The notes under the pieces were generated by a model. That model was not told the DNA's origin, searched no databases, and saw only the letters and a program-made list of their open reading frames with translations. A stretch of DNA of 63,122 nucleotides, filler included, from Bigelowiella natans CCMP2755 (lineage: Eukaryota > Protista > Cercozoa): NCBI GenBank assembly GCA_000320545.1. It is 6 parts of 6 records of this genome, joined end to end, with 100 filler letters (N's around TTAATTAATTAA, not from the genome) between each part and the next. Parts side by side here need not be neighbours in the genome. Positions count along the whole stretch, not along the records: positions 1 to 8,867 come from ADNK01002296.1; positions 8,968 to 14,748 come from ADNK01002409.1; 4 more parts are not named here. One strand, written 5' to 3'. Shown here in pieces: positions 1 to 13,060 of this stretch. Numbering within the stretch: the first letter of the stretch is position 1; the number at the start of each line of letters is the position of its first letter. Made by a program: the position numbers and the translations under genes.

Positions 1-312
1 ACACGCGCGCGCGCGCGCGCGCGCGCGCATGCGACACGCGACATATATATAGATATTTTACGTGTAGAACGATAAACACATACACATTTTGAGAGAGAGA
101 GACACACCGAGAGCGCCTCTCTAGCGCTAGAACGGCGCGCTCTCACACAGACAGCGAGAGAGAGAGAGAGAGAGAGCACGCACACACATATATATGTGTC
201 TCACGCTCTCTCTCTCTCCCGCGCCCGCCCCCCCCCCCCTCGATCAAAATTGTTCTATATATCTAAATATACACACACACACATGTATAATTTTCTACAC
301 ACACACATAAAC

Positions 313-360
<48 letters not shown>

Positions 361-1233
361 TTGTGTTTGTGTATAGAATATTAAACCTTTGTATGTGTAA
401 ATTATTAGATATTTAGTACAATTATGATCGATGGCTGGGGAAACCTGCTCGGTAATAAGATAGCACGTTACACCCATCCATTTGCGTCTGCTTCCTCTCT
501 CTCTCTCTCTCTCTCGCTGTCTGTTCCAGAACGCCTTGTTCTAGCTATAGCGGCGCACTTTCGGTGTCAATAATAATCACAACTAATGAATTCGTCATTA
601 TCGTTCAACACGTAATAATCCCAACATGTATGGCGCATGGCACATGCGCCATGATGCGCATGCACGTGTGCATTCACGACTAATGATTTCAACTGCACAG
701 CTGATAAATTTTGGACAAACTGCTAAACCGCAGATGCAACATGTGAAGAGTGACAGAGACGTCATTTCTTGTGCACAAAGAATAAATGGGCGCCATCGTT
801 GTGGCCGCTGATCTCCATGCTAGCGCATGCATGGCTACATCAGAATTACGCAATTTACAAAATGCAATTGTTTTTATATTTTGTCACAACAGTGTTGCAG
901 TCATGTATGTGCGTCTAGCGGTGCGTGCACCAGCGGAAATGCACATAGCATGCGGTCACATGTTGCGCACATATGTGCGTTTAAACTGTCACAGTCGTTT
1001 TGCGCCACATTGGAGCGATGATGTGCAACATGCGTTTATATGCGTGTGTGTTTACAGCAATCATTTACAAGCTTATCGATAATAAGTGACATATAAATGC
1101 AATTCTTCCACACAACGCACAGCGGATTAGGACCGCGACCAGGACATACGTATGTGTAATGTACATGACGCTATGTCGACATGCATTGTGTCTGTACTAG
1201 TATAGTTACATCGCACCAAGCAAAGAATAATGG

Positions 1234-1597
1234 CTAATGCGCTGGGACATCAGGGAGCGCCCCATGCTCGAGAAGGTGCTGGAAGTCGGTGTACCTTCCC
1301 AGCCATGACTTCCAATACGACTCGAGCTCCTCCTTTTTTGTATTGGAAAATCACAAAATTATGCCGAAATCGCAAGCTTATACACAGAAGGAAAAAACTG
1401 ACGATTTTTTGCTATGTGCCGTCTGATAATGTAGGGGTAGTAGTGGTAGTAGTAGTAGTAGTAGAGTAGTAGTAGTAGTTGTAGTAGTAGTAGTAAGAAC
1501 GATATCACACTGCTTCTTTTCCATAGTTTGTAAGACATAGAGTGATAATCAATTCGTTACTATCATGGAATTGTCATAAGTAACGATAGCCCGTGAA

Positions 1598-1643
<46 letters not shown>

Positions 1644-2644
1644 CCTTGCTAACAAGGATTGTGGTCGCAGGTGCGTCCTCGTACATCACGACTATCATGC
1701 CGCTCGTTGGCCGCGCCTGATCTCATTGGAAAGGAGAGGACGGGGAGGAGGAGGAGGAGGAGGAGGAGGAGGAGGAGGAGTAGGAGAATGAATAACCAAG
1801 CTCATGATGACGGTTGGCTGCATCATAGTAGTTAATGTTGCTCGTTGATCTACTACTAATACTGTTTACATAGTCCGGATATCTGCTGTCTGTGTAGAGA
1901 GCTCCTGTGTATGCTGCAAGCTGAAGAGGGTTGTCGAATGTATCTTTTATTCCGTACTTACGCCTGGTGGCCAAGAGATCGTATTTCAGAATATGTCACG
2001 GTTCGGAGTTATGTAAATTGTAAATCTAGTTTGCGCGCGCGCGCGTGTGTGCGTGTTTATAAGGCGGAAGAGAGGGGAGGGAGGCTTATCTGTAACAAGC
2101 TACTACTTACTACTGGTAGAGAAGTATTTCTTATCATTCGATCTTCTACATCGTCTTCTTTTCGTTTGTGCTTTTTGTTTTTCCCAACCGCCTCGATGTT
2201 TTCCAATCTATAATGCGTAGCTCTCCTTGATATTCAGCGATGCAATCAATGGTGCCTGCGTAGCCGAGGGTGGAGTGAAAGACCGAGCTTTCAACAACAT
2301 CGACTCGTGAAATCTCCTGCAGCACGGGATGGACCGATTTCCTGGAGCAATTTGTTCAAAACGTTGAAAGGGAAGGGGGTAGGAGAGGAGGGGAGGGAAG
2401 AACAATATGAAAATAAGAAAAGAAAAATAGGTATTTTCTCTCCGGTGACAATTCCGAGGTCACTCGAATAATACTTAAACTGTCGCACATACCAGAACCC
2501 CTGCACTTTTGACGTGTAGGAGTCGAGATCTGGAACGATGGCATCGTCATGGACAAATCGGGGTGGTGGATCTCCGTCGCTATATATCACATCTTCCGAG
2601 TTCTCCTCTGCTGATAATAGGCCCACGTATATGAAAAAGCGAGC

Positions 2645-2683
<39 letters not shown>

Positions 2684-3878
2684 TATATAATGATAAAAAA
2701 TTCATGTTAAATCATCGAAATAGTACAGATCTAATGTTAAGATGTATATGCTTGCATCACTAGCAAAGAGAACTCGCGCCATTGCCCATATCGCTGCAAC
2801 CCCAAACGCTAAGAAGAGCAGTATTTGACCTTCTCCTCCGCTCTTCACTTCGACCTCATCAATGCACCAAAACTCCTGCGTGAGGTACTGCTGAATGAGG
2901 CTATGAATATGCGTGCCTGATCTCAGTGTTTCCTAAGAAGACGCATGGAATGAACAAATTATCGAATCATGAGGAGGCAGCATATCACAAGCAGCATGTG
3001 AGCAGGAAGGTCAATCGCATCTGCATGACCTAACCTGGTTCTGCCTTTTGAACTCATCCTCCCCAAGCCGCGCGATTTCGCGCTCCTTCCAGAGGCGCAA
3101 GCTGTCCGAGCGGTTGGACTTGGAGAGAATCGATGTCACGCTGCCAGGGCGACAGACAGACAACAAATGGGAAATAATAGACGACGAAGTTACGTTCGAG
3201 CGCAAAGGGCATTTATTCTGTAATCGTCCTTCCTCACCTGGGGTAAGAATTCCCATCGATACCTACGTACATTCTCATCATTGGTAGGTTCCGTAGCCTC
3301 GAGGTCCGATGCCTCGGATGCAGCGTTATGGGGGGACGAGGGCGAGCAGGCATTCTTGAGGCTGGACGTCTTAAAAGTACGAGGCCTTTTGTGTAGCGCG
3401 ACATCATACTTGTTCCTCACAAAAAAAACATATAAATCATCTGCATATTTCCTGTGAGGCCAGCCTTTCCCCTTGTCGGCTGCAGAAAACGGAGTGATTT
3501 TCCGCTGTCTGGGCGAGAGGGATAATCACGGATTCTCGTTGCACAATCTAGTTGGTGGTTTTTGGTTGTCGCACTTGTAAAATCACCTCCAGTTGTGACA
3601 CAGTCTTTGTTTCCTTGCGAGCCGTTCGTTGGTGTTGCCGAACATCACTGAGAGCGTGTGCATGGTGCTTCAGCCGCAATCTCTTCCAAAGCCAAAATCT
3701 TCCCGACCTTCGACAGCGAGTCGCCATTTGATTGGAAGTAAGGCAGGCCGCACCTCCTCCCCGAAAGAAAGAAGCATTTGCGCCCACAAGGAACGTGGAA
3801 GCTTGGCAAAAGAGTGGAGACTCTTACGCTGAACTTGCGAGTCGAATAAACCACCTTAGCAAAGCTCCGAAGTAGCAA
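1234..3878 (-). CDS. MGME1: MGME1-like PD-(D/E)XK exonuclease (mitochondrial genome maintenance), multi-exon; 5' end approximate
   Basis: Spliced minus-strand exons give PGSVTSILSK..LRLWKEREIARLGEDEFK, ETLRSGTHIHSLIQQYL, VESSVFHSTLGYAGTIDCIAEYQGELRIIDWKTS, KDTFDNPLQLAAYTGAL, GMIVVMYED and EELESYWKSWLGRY. These are colinear with recalled human MGME1 motifs (PSVT..W..LGEDGF, LDCVAEY..IDWKTS, TFDNPLQVVAY). Stop TAG at 1234-1236. Basic, mitochondrial-presequence-like reading frame near 3800-3878. Confidence 0.88.
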
Positions 3879-3964
3879 GCCTACCTTATCACTGTACTTC
3901 CACCACCTCCTTCGTATATGTGCTCACTGTCTAGTAGCTAAACACAATCCGCAAACGGTAACGT

Positions 3965-4598
3965 ATGATAGGAGTGGAGGGGGAGGACTTACCATTAAAC
4001 AATTACATGCTCAGCGGAATAGCTGACAGTACAGGCTCGGTCACAGTCTCCCAGACGCCCCGAGGCCTCCTCTTCTTTTTCTTCTTCTTCTTTTCATTCG
4101 CTCTGATCATCCCCCCTTCCTCTGCGTCGACTGTATCATCGCCAAGTGTCTGCCCAACTGCCTCACCGTCCTCTCATAGCCCCTCCCTCTCCCCCCTCAC
4201 TCGATCTCCGACTCTCTCTCCTCACACTGGCACTCCCTCCTCTTCCCCCTCTCATTTTCCCCTCACGACCTCTCCTTCCTCCTCTCCATATACACACCTC
4301 CCAAGCAGCTCTCCCGTGACAAAATCTCCTACAAACACACCTACCGCAGCACCGACGATGTCGCCACGCACGTTCTCGCCATCAAAGTCCCCAACTCGAA
4401 GCCCCGATACGAAGATGCCGACGAGGTCTCCCGCAAGAACACCAAGCATAACCCCGACAAGAAGCCCGCTCACGGGTAGCCCCACTACCTCTCCCACCCC
4501 CTCTCCTACCAAATCGCCTACGGTGAGGAGTCATATAAGAAACGGGGAGGGGGAAGGGATGGGTGGTGGCATGCGAATCGGTTGAGGTTATGTGTATG

Positions 4599-4684
<86 letters not shown>

Positions 4685-5552
4685 TTTGTATTTCTCAATG
4701 TATTTACGAATGCTATGAAATTTTCTCTGTCTTTTCTCCTTCCTTCATTCTCCTCCTCCTTGTCCACCACCTCCTCGTCCTCTTATCAAGAGAAATCCTA
4801 GCATATCCCCAACCGTCTCTCCCTCCCTCTCACCAACGACGCAATCCCCCACGCGCTTCCCCTCCCTCTCCCCATCAACGATGTCGCCAACAAGAAACCC
4901 CTTCACCTCCTCACCCTCGATAATACCGACATCAAGCCCCTCAACTCAATCGCCTTCTACTAAGTGTCCGTCGTTCAGCCCCACAGCTCACCCCACCACA
5001 AGCATGCCCTCTCAGTCTCCATCCACACGCTCTCCGAGCCAATCTCCGTCGCTCACGCCGAGCATCACCCCCACTCGAAGCCCCTCCTCGAGCCCCTCCA
5101 CGTTCAATCCGGTATTGGCCTGTGATCAGAGTCACAGGAGGGGGGGAGGGGGGGAGGGGGGGAGGGGGGGACAGAATGAGTACCAAAGCAATCAATAGCG
5201 TGAAGGAGAAATATACCTTGCCATACATATGTGGTGCTTTCAACAATTCTCACAGCTTTCCCCCCCCCCTCAACATAGGTGGTGGGGCCGACGGAGGCAG
5301 TGGCAAACATTCAAGAGAGTCTCCAGGTATTAGCAGTCTTCAAGGACTTCAACTTCAACACACTAGCACAGGAGAGGCGAGCGACCTTTCTGAGAGGGTA
5401 CAGAGCCGCCTTTGCGGTCTCGCAGCGCATTCCAACCAACGCCATTCTTATTGCCAGCATCAGCGTGGGAAGCACGGTTGTGGACAGCGTGGTAAATCTC
5501 GTGAGGGGAGGAGGAGTAGCTGTCGTCGTCGTTGTCGTCGTTGTCGTCGTTA

Positions 5553-5591
<39 letters not shown>

Positions 5592-5812
5592 TAGTCGGTA
5601 GTAATTCTGTAATTGTAAAAGACACATAGAGAATGCTCTTCGATTCAAAGATGTTGGTACTCTTATTTCTGGGTGTGTTGATTGGATGTTTTTTTTGGGG
5701 GGGGTGGGGGGGGGGGGGGGTTGTATTTGGTTTTCTTGCCGACGAAAGCTGCTGCAGCATCATGGTAGTCAATGCTCACTTATATAGTAGCTTATTCGAA
5801 GATGATGATTAG

Positions 5813-5863
<51 letters not shown>

Positions 5864-6168
5864 CATATACACAGCAAACGACGCTTGATGACGACCCCGC
5901 GACGGTGGGTTATAATCGCAAAACAACACCGATTTCTTTTGAAGATGATGAACTTGGAATAAATGTGAAGATTCGACTAATCCACCGCCTTTCCTGCCCA
6001 TCTTCTCCCCGTGCCCCCCCCCCTCTATTCCTTAGATCTTCTCGCAGAGTAACGACTTCGACACCGATTTCTTCGGAGTCCCGAATGTGACAGCGGAAGT
6101 GGTGCTGCTGCTGCTGCGAGTATAGAATAGCAATTCTATCAGCAGCGCAGACAATATACTAACCCTGA

Positions 6169-6208
<40 letters not shown>

Positions 6209-6415
6209 CATAAAATCGCACGATGAACGAGGGCAGCATCAGTTAACTCTTGCCCTTATCCTCTTAGGTCCCTCGGCCGACGGGAGATTCTTCTTCTGAG
6301 GGGGGAGTCGAGGAGTCCTTTTGGGTGTGTACCGCATCATCGATAAAAATAGAAATATGTCATAAACAGCATAGTGACTTCATAGTAGATTCAGATTCCC
6401 TTCATATAACACGCA

Positions 6416-6455
<40 letters not shown>

Positions 6456-6869
6456 TGTATTAATTTATATCTGGAGAAGAAGTGAGCGTGCGCAGAGAGA
6501 TACTGCTTCTTTAGGGAGGGAATAATCATCACACTGCAACCCCCTCCCCCCTCTCCTGCCCCTCCTTCCGCTGCTGCATGCATGTGTTTCAATTAGATAC
6601 CAATTATCGTCACTGGCGGGGGTGTCGCTATGCTCACGGTGATCCTCTCAACCTTCTACTATTACCGAAGATCTAAACCGCTGCAGAGGGAAGAGACTTC
6701 TGTGGATGATGATGATGGGGAACCCCCCCCCCCTCCGGAGAAGCCGGCCATCGTCTTCGCGCCAAGAACAATGGGGCAAGGCGGTCCCATCATCAGAGGC
6801 ATTGAAATGAACGGTGCTGGGGGACTAGTAGGGGTAGGAGCGGGGCGTCTTCCAGTTATTTATGAATAA
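3965..6869 (+). CDS. Ser/Pro/Thr-rich (SPT-repeat, mucin-like) type I membrane/surface protein, multi-exon
   Basis: Hydrophobic N-terminal stretch (LLFFFFFFFSFALIIP); two exons of xSPT repeats (3965-4520, ~4790-5110); a SEA-like segment (ILIASISVGSTVVDSVV); last exon with TM IPIIVTGGGVAMLTVILSTFYYY followed by RRSK and a short tail ending at TAA 6869. Confidence 0.7.
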
Positions 6870-7899
6870 CTCAAAATGTGCGCACCGCCGTTCGACCAGC
6901 GGACTACATAACAGCATATACTGCATACGACTCAACGCCGATAATGAACCAATGTACACATGCATGACTGCATCAGTCTATAGCCCTATAAGGCTATATA
7001 GCGTACGCACGTACGAACATAAGAGAACATGTTGTGTGCTTTTGAGCCGGTACGCTCTATAGCCCTATAAGGCCATACATCAGTATATACGGTCGACCCA
7101 TTAAATAATATAAAGACGCCTTTTACTGTATAAGACGGGTGTAATCAAATTGAATTAAATTATATGTTCAGCGGTCATCTTCATGTAGCTGCGCAATGCA
7201 GCAAGCCTATGAACTGTGCATGTATATACATGTACACATGCACACATATGTAAGACGGATGTGAGCTGATCAATTAAATTTGCTCAATAGTCATCCTTAT
7301 GAAGCTGTGCAATGCAACGTATGTGTAATTAATATGTACAAATATGCACAGACTTGGCATGATAGACATGCATCATTGGCATCGCAATGCACAGTGCTAC
7401 AGTTAACGTGGCATCATTGTGCATGGCATGTCCGCCAGCGAGCAGGTGGGCGGGGGGCGTCGCGGCACATTGTGCCATGCATCATGTGTCTACGTACACA
7501 CGCACACATGCTACATCTCTCAACTACATGTGTACATGCATGTACATGTAGAATGTAAGAAACGAACAAGCACACACGCGCTGTAGCCGCTGCTCTACAA
7601 AGCTACATTAGGACGACTATTGGAAAAATGTAATCATTTCATTACATCCGTTTCATGTTCGTGTGCACATCCATCCAGCTACGATGGCTCCCATGCCTTC
7701 AATGCAAGGGCAAGTCCTTCAACCACCAAACAAATGCGGTGATGTGATGATGCCTGCACCTTGGCCGCTCATTTGCACATTCCATGCGCGCATGCACACC
7801 GCTGCATCATCGTCTCCGCTAGTGCTATTCGACCATGGGCCCCATCCCGCTCTCTGCTGACTTGTACATCTTCTCCCGGAAGTTCTCCAAACTTGCATG

Positions 7900-8077
7900 C
7901 TCTGCAATCAGCCACTTTGTTGAGAGCTTCTAAGCACCCCCCCCCCGCTTTCGATCTCCTCCTCTTCCTTACGCAACGCTCTGCTGTCTCACCGGGGGGC
8001 TGCTGGGGGTCACTTTCGTGAACGTAGGCCCAGAAGACTGAGAGAGCGAATCAACAACGTCGTGTGTGTTTGTGTGT

Positions 8078-8130
<53 letters not shown>

Positions 8131-8663
8131 TCATTCTCTCATATGCGTATGCGTGCGCGTCGTGTCCAAACTTTCGCGAAAAGAAGAGGATATTGTTAAC
8201 GTACTAATGCCTTCTCAAACATAGGCAAGGAGTGAAACAACTACGATTCACCGATGTATGGCTCTGCGATGGAGGTCGAAATGGCCTTCTACTGCTTCTA
8301 CTACCACCACCACTACTACCACTACAACTACTAGTACCTTTACATATTTAATGTCCTTCATCTCGAAAGCTAAGGATAAAGGAGACGTTAAGCACCCTGG
8401 TACATTCCTCTCTCTTTCCCTTTCTCTCTCCTCTCTTAATTTATACATCGTGCAGCTCTGCCCAGAAACACGCACTTACAGGCACAAACAACCCCCCTAA
8501 AAATGGGCGATAATGTACGCACTACATCTAGGCAAAACGGTAGGAAAAGGAGCTCACAGTCAGCGGTTTGCTGTTCCCCCGGCCTGATTCTCCGAAAGAA
8601 GTTCAAATCGCCCGTCCTCCTGTCGTAGCTCCGAGTGTATCTATGAACCACCACCACCACCAC

Positions 8664-8699
<36 letters not shown>

Positions 8700-8867
8700 G
8701 GGGGGGAGGGGGATAAGGATCACAGCTTGTCATTAACACGTGATTATCAACACGACCGAATCATCGTTCGTGCATCATACTGAATGCAGACAGTGCTCAA
8801 CAACGGTTATTGGCAGCGTCACCGGAGCGTCCTTGTTGTTGCTGCTTTGGTACGCTTCTCCCCCCCC
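7900..8867 (-). CDS. 3' exons of an uncharacterised multi-exon gene, truncated by a gap
   Basis: Short non-repetitive segments bounded by AG/GT on the minus strand between microsatellite-rich introns (e.g. YTRSYDRRTGDLNFFRRIRPGEQQTADCELLFLPFCLD). No family recognised; frame uncertain. Confidence 0.3.
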
Positions 8868-8967
8868 NNNNNNNNNNNNNNNNNNNNNNNNNNNNNNNNN
8901 NNNNNNNNNNNTTAATTAATTAANNNNNNNNNNNNNNNNNNNNNNNNNNNNNNNNNNNNNNNNNNNN
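8868..8967. other. Assembly gap spacer (N-TTAATTAATTAA-N, 100 bp); the same spacer occurs at 14749-14848, 42821-42920, 50032-50131 and 60495-60594
   Basis: Uniform 100-bp N runs with a central TTAATTAATTAA giving stops in all six frames. Confidence 0.97.
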
Positions 8968-9973
8968 ACGACGACGATACCGAGAGCGAAGACGAGAAGG
9001 TCCCGTACGATGGCCGAGTTCTAAAGGAAGGACAGTATGTTAGGGCCAAGGTAAATCTGAGATCGAGAAATAAACAAGACCCCTTCTGGGGTGGCGTTGC
9101 AAAGGTTACCGAGAGGAAGGGGAGGAAGCAGTACTACATCTATGATGGGAACAGGGTCACCTTGCGCCACATCAGTCACCTAAAGAATTATGATATCGGT
9201 GAGAAGCTCCTAGAGGATGTTAAAGTAAACCCTACTGTGTGGGAGCGAGCAATGCCTTGTTTAGGACCCCGACCTAAGTTCGATGTGGAATATGGAAACA
9301 ATAAGGTCAGGGTGAACGACGATTGGCGCATGAAGATTGTCTATCTAGGCTACCCTGGATTACGAAATATGGAGAGGGTAGCTATGAAAATAAAGGACGG
9401 AAAATATCAGCTACTCTACCTAGCTGTTCCCGACTTACCCTTTGAGCACTGGTATAAGGTCCTGGGGGACCTTGATGCAGAGGGCTGGTATGGACACGAA
9501 CCTAAGGACGAAGGTGAGTTCTGGGTAAGCGACAAAGGAGATAAGGTTAGAGAGGAATCTATTACCTGGTGGTTGGTGAAGTTCCGAAAGCGATGAAGGT
9601 CTAAGGGAATAAGGAAGGAAGGAAGGAGCAACGTGACTTGGGGGAGGTGTAGCGCGTACCACTACGCGGGCACAAGTCACGTGCGACAACAAAGGGGTTG
9701 TCGCGGATATAGAATATAGATAACGTAGATATTAATACAGCATAGGCACGTGGGTTCCGGCGGGACTCATGGCAGCACACCGGAAGTGTGCTGCCCCACG
9801 TGCGGCGGCATTCGCGAAAGCTTCGCGAATGATTACGCAGTGCACGATTTAATAAAAATATAATCTTTAATAAAAATAAACACAACTCTTCAAAAGGAAG
9901 CAAACGTGCCTTTCCCCCCCCCTGCCTACTTGTGCACGTAGCGCCTCGGCCTGTGAACACCTTACGCGCAACA
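8968..9973 (+). mobile_element. Ty3/gypsy LTR retrotransposon copy 1: 3' end of pol, PPT and 3' LTR; the rest lies in the gap
   Basis: Identical by eye to 18654-19659 (offset 9686 bp). Encodes the same C-terminal polyprotein peptide, stop at 9596. Confidence 0.95.
9648..9973 (+). repeat. 3' LTR of copy 1 (326 bp)
   Basis: Starts TGTAGCGCGTA immediately after the polypurine tract GGGGGAGG (9640-9647) and ends TACGCGCAACA (10/11 terminal inverted repeat, TG...CA). Identity with copy 2 stops exactly at the CA. Confidence 0.93.
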
Positions 9974-9993
9974 TCGACAGTGTGCATTGCGTG

Positions 9994-11475
9994 ATGATGG
10001 ATTCTTGCCTTGAAGCTGGTGTGGCAAGTTCGTTTCTCAGAGACGATGACAACTGGCTCTTGACCAATGTCGAGGACATCATTCCACCTGTTTGTGAACA
10101 GAATGGTGATTCATCAATGAACAGCTCGTGGATTTCTTGTGAAGACGGCGTTTGTTCCAAGAGTGTTGGCTTTGCTGATGCGAACTCACCGTGCCCTTTA
10201 TTGAAAACAAGAGATGAAAGCGAGAAAGGCTCAAGCCTCGGTCATTTAAGAAAATGTTCGGAAATTGGATTGCTCGTAAATGAACAACCATTGGCAGAAA
10301 CTACAAGTGTTGATGAAAGTCCCGAGAGGGAAAAAAAAAAAATAAATGGTGCCTCTGCAGCTGGGTCGAATTTCAATGCAACCTGTAACACTGCTCCGTC
10401 GCTTCCAAAGACCCCCGTCCGCTCAAATCAGAAGCTGCTAAAGACGCTGCTAACCAAGACGTCAAATAATTCTCTACCTCCGACACATGAATCTGCTATC
10501 CAAAATCTTCAAAAAAAGAGGTATCGAGATCTTGCCTCTCCGACCCTTGGAAAAACAGGAAGAAATCACAATGTATGCCAAGGCCCTTCCGAAGAATCAT
10601 GTAGGTTTCCTGTCTCCAAAGATAATACATCAGTAACAGAATCTCCAGTCCTTGAAGCTTGGACTCATTCTAGTTCTCCTCAAACTTTCAAATCGACCAC
10701 TTTAGGCCTTCCAGTCATTGGACCTACAATGCTGACTTTTGACCCATGTGCAAGTTCGGTGCATACGAGGTTCACACAACAGCACGCCAACGGAAACGTC
10801 ACTAACATTCAGTTTCAAAAAATGCAGCGAATGAGACGACGTTCAGGTGAACTAAGAATGAGTCCCATCCGCTCTGCTAAATCTTATAGCTTGCTAGCAT
10901 TCATGAAGGATGAAGTCTTAAAGGAAAAAATTTTGCAGTTGCAACAAGCGACTCTATTAATTGATCAACTAACGAGATCATATTTACATATTGGGACAGT
11001 ATGTACTTCGACCAAACCTTATTTTGCCCCAATCATTGCAGCAGAGATTCCTTATGACGTAGTTAAGAAGTCTACTTCTGCAATTATCAAAGAAAAGTTA
11101 ATTCAAAACTCATGTGGAAACGGGTATTTGGCGGTTGAAAGTGAAATTAAGCAAAACTTCAACTTTGCACGGACAAATAAGGTCCTCAATATTTACAATA
11201 GGGAGATGAAGTTCAACATCTCTCTACCTTCTTCATGCGTTAAACCTGAAAAGAAATATCGATGTCTTTATTGCAAAAAGGAATTTAAACAGAAGAGCAA
11301 CATTGAAGCACACGTTCGAGTCCATACTGGCTCTAGGCCATTCAACTGCAGTGTGTGCAACAAAGCATTTTCTCAAAAGTCGAACTTAAATCGTCATTTT
11401 GAATCTTCTTCACATATGAAAAATGAAAAAAGATATTCTGCAGACCAAAAACAAACGTCTATCAGCAAATATTAA
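9994..11475 (+). CDS. Intronless C2H2 zinc-finger transcription factor (two C-terminal fingers)
   Basis: Continuous ORF with first ATG at 9994. C-terminus YRCLYCKKEFKQKSNIEAHVRVH-TGSRPF-NCSVCNKAFSQKSNLNRHFESSSH has a Kruppel-type linker. Long Ser/Thr/Asn-rich N-terminal region. Confidence 0.88.
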   Translation: MMDSCLEAGVASSFLRDDDNWLLTNVEDIIPPVCEQNGDSSMNSSWISCEDGVCSKSVGFADANSPCPLLKTRDESEKGSSLGHLRKCSEIGLLVNEQPLAETTSVDESPEREKKKINGASAAGSNFNATCNTAPSLPKTPVRSNQKLLKTLLTKTSNNSLPPTHESAIQNLQKKRYRDLASPTLGKTGRNHNVCQGPSEESCRFPVSKDNTSVTESPVLEAWTHSSSPQTFKSTTLGLPVIGPTMLTFDPCASSVHTRFTQQHANGNVTNIQFQKMQRMRRRSGELRMSPIRSAKSYSLLAFMKDEVLKEKILQLQQATLLIDQLTRSYLHIGTVCTSTKPYFAPIIAAEIPYDVVKKSTSAIIKEKLIQNSCGNGYLAVESEIKQNFNFARTNKVLNIYNREMKFNISLPSSCVKPEKKYRCLYCKKEFKQKSNIEAHVRVHTGSRPFNCSVCNKAFSQKSNLNRHFESSSHMKNEKRYSADQKQTSISKY

Positions 11476-12273
11476 TACATTGTCACATAGTAACTAGACA
11501 CTTGACTAGTGACTAAGTGAATACTATTTCAACAATTGCATCTTCGTCAAATCACATGCATTGATACGATTTCGTAGAACATTGTCGATAATTAAAGATT
11601 GTTATCATTTAAACTGTTTTGAACGTTTTTTTTTAAGTTTCATCAATCTTTCGTTGAATCATGCACAATTTTTCACACCAACATCTTCGCCAAAAATGGA
11701 TATCATTGCAAACAAAAGCGTAAAATTATAGAAAAACAAGTCAACGTTTGCACATCTATGAGTAGACGTTTGCATCTATGAGTTGTTTATTCGTACCAAG
11801 GCTTTTTAGCCTGTGCTCCAAAATTCAAAAGGCATCAACGAAAATAATTTCACATGCTTTGCAGGTACAACACGGCAGGGTGCATTGTGTTGTGCTGCAC
11901 CATCACCCGTATAACTAGCTAGCTAAGCAAGCGCTGTTCGTCCAATCTAGCAATTGCAATGATTTCCACAATCAAATGGGCTGGTTTACTTACTGTACGT
12001 ACAGCTAGGCAAGTCTAAGGTGCCAGCTTGCTGCGTGCTAGCGTGGGCCACCAAAGCAAAAAGAGAGCATCGAAAAAATACTGTGGAAACTTTTAATTTG
12101 CACATGTAATACATGATCATGGCATTGTGCCATTCATTGAGCTGTGCACACCAAACAGCTAGAACAGCGACATTTTCACGCATGCTAACATGCAGCCAGA
12201 ATTAATGCGCAGCAAACACGTCTTTTGTGTGTCACCACGAATGACATCAAAATTCTGACGTGCGAATTATCGA

Positions 12274-13015
12274 TCAATCATCTTCCATCATAGCAGCACC
12301 ATTGCTCTTAGTAGGATTTGGTGCGATTTCACTACTTCGGTTACCGGTCTGCTTCAGTGCGTTTTGGATTGCGCTATGAAGCTCCTTGCACGCACCTGCC
12401 ATGGTGCATTAAAAAAAAGAAAAAATGATTCGTTAAACACACATGATTTGTCAATGCTCATTCATTTCTTACCTTGCAATTCAGGCTCTTCGGAAGGATT
12501 TTTTTTGAAGAAGGAAATGGTGCGCTCAAGATACTGTCGTGTCATTGATAACATTCCGATTGAAAGAGGGTTGGGTTGAGTTATCGAGCAAATTGTTTCA
12601 AATCAAAACAATGGGTCATTCAAGATAATCTATCGCTAGTCTATCGCTTCTCTCTCGGGTTTTGTCCCCTCTCCCGTATCCCCCCTCCCCGCTATCATCG
12701 TCGCGTACGTGCATGATACTAATATCACACATGCTACACGTCATCAGATATGAATGCCATTTCGCTTCAAAACCTGCTCTGCTGATTCGACATCATCCAA
12801 CTTGAAGGAGCACAAAGCGGCAAAATACCTGATTGCGGACGGACGGACAAAACAACTATAAGTAACTATCATTTATACATACCCTATGTGTATATGATTA
12901 ATCTTAGGAAACGAATTTCCCAGAGCTTTCAAAATCATTACATGCTAAATATGAATAAAATATATGAGTAGTTGGCATTGCGCATTGGGTGCTTGGAAGC
13001 TAGAAAGAAATAGAG

Positions 13016-13060
<45 letters not shown>

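Noticed and set aside
8912-8923. Recurrent TTAATTAATTAA motif, five times
   Set aside because: Always centred in a 100-bp N run; an artificial six-frame-stop contig linker.
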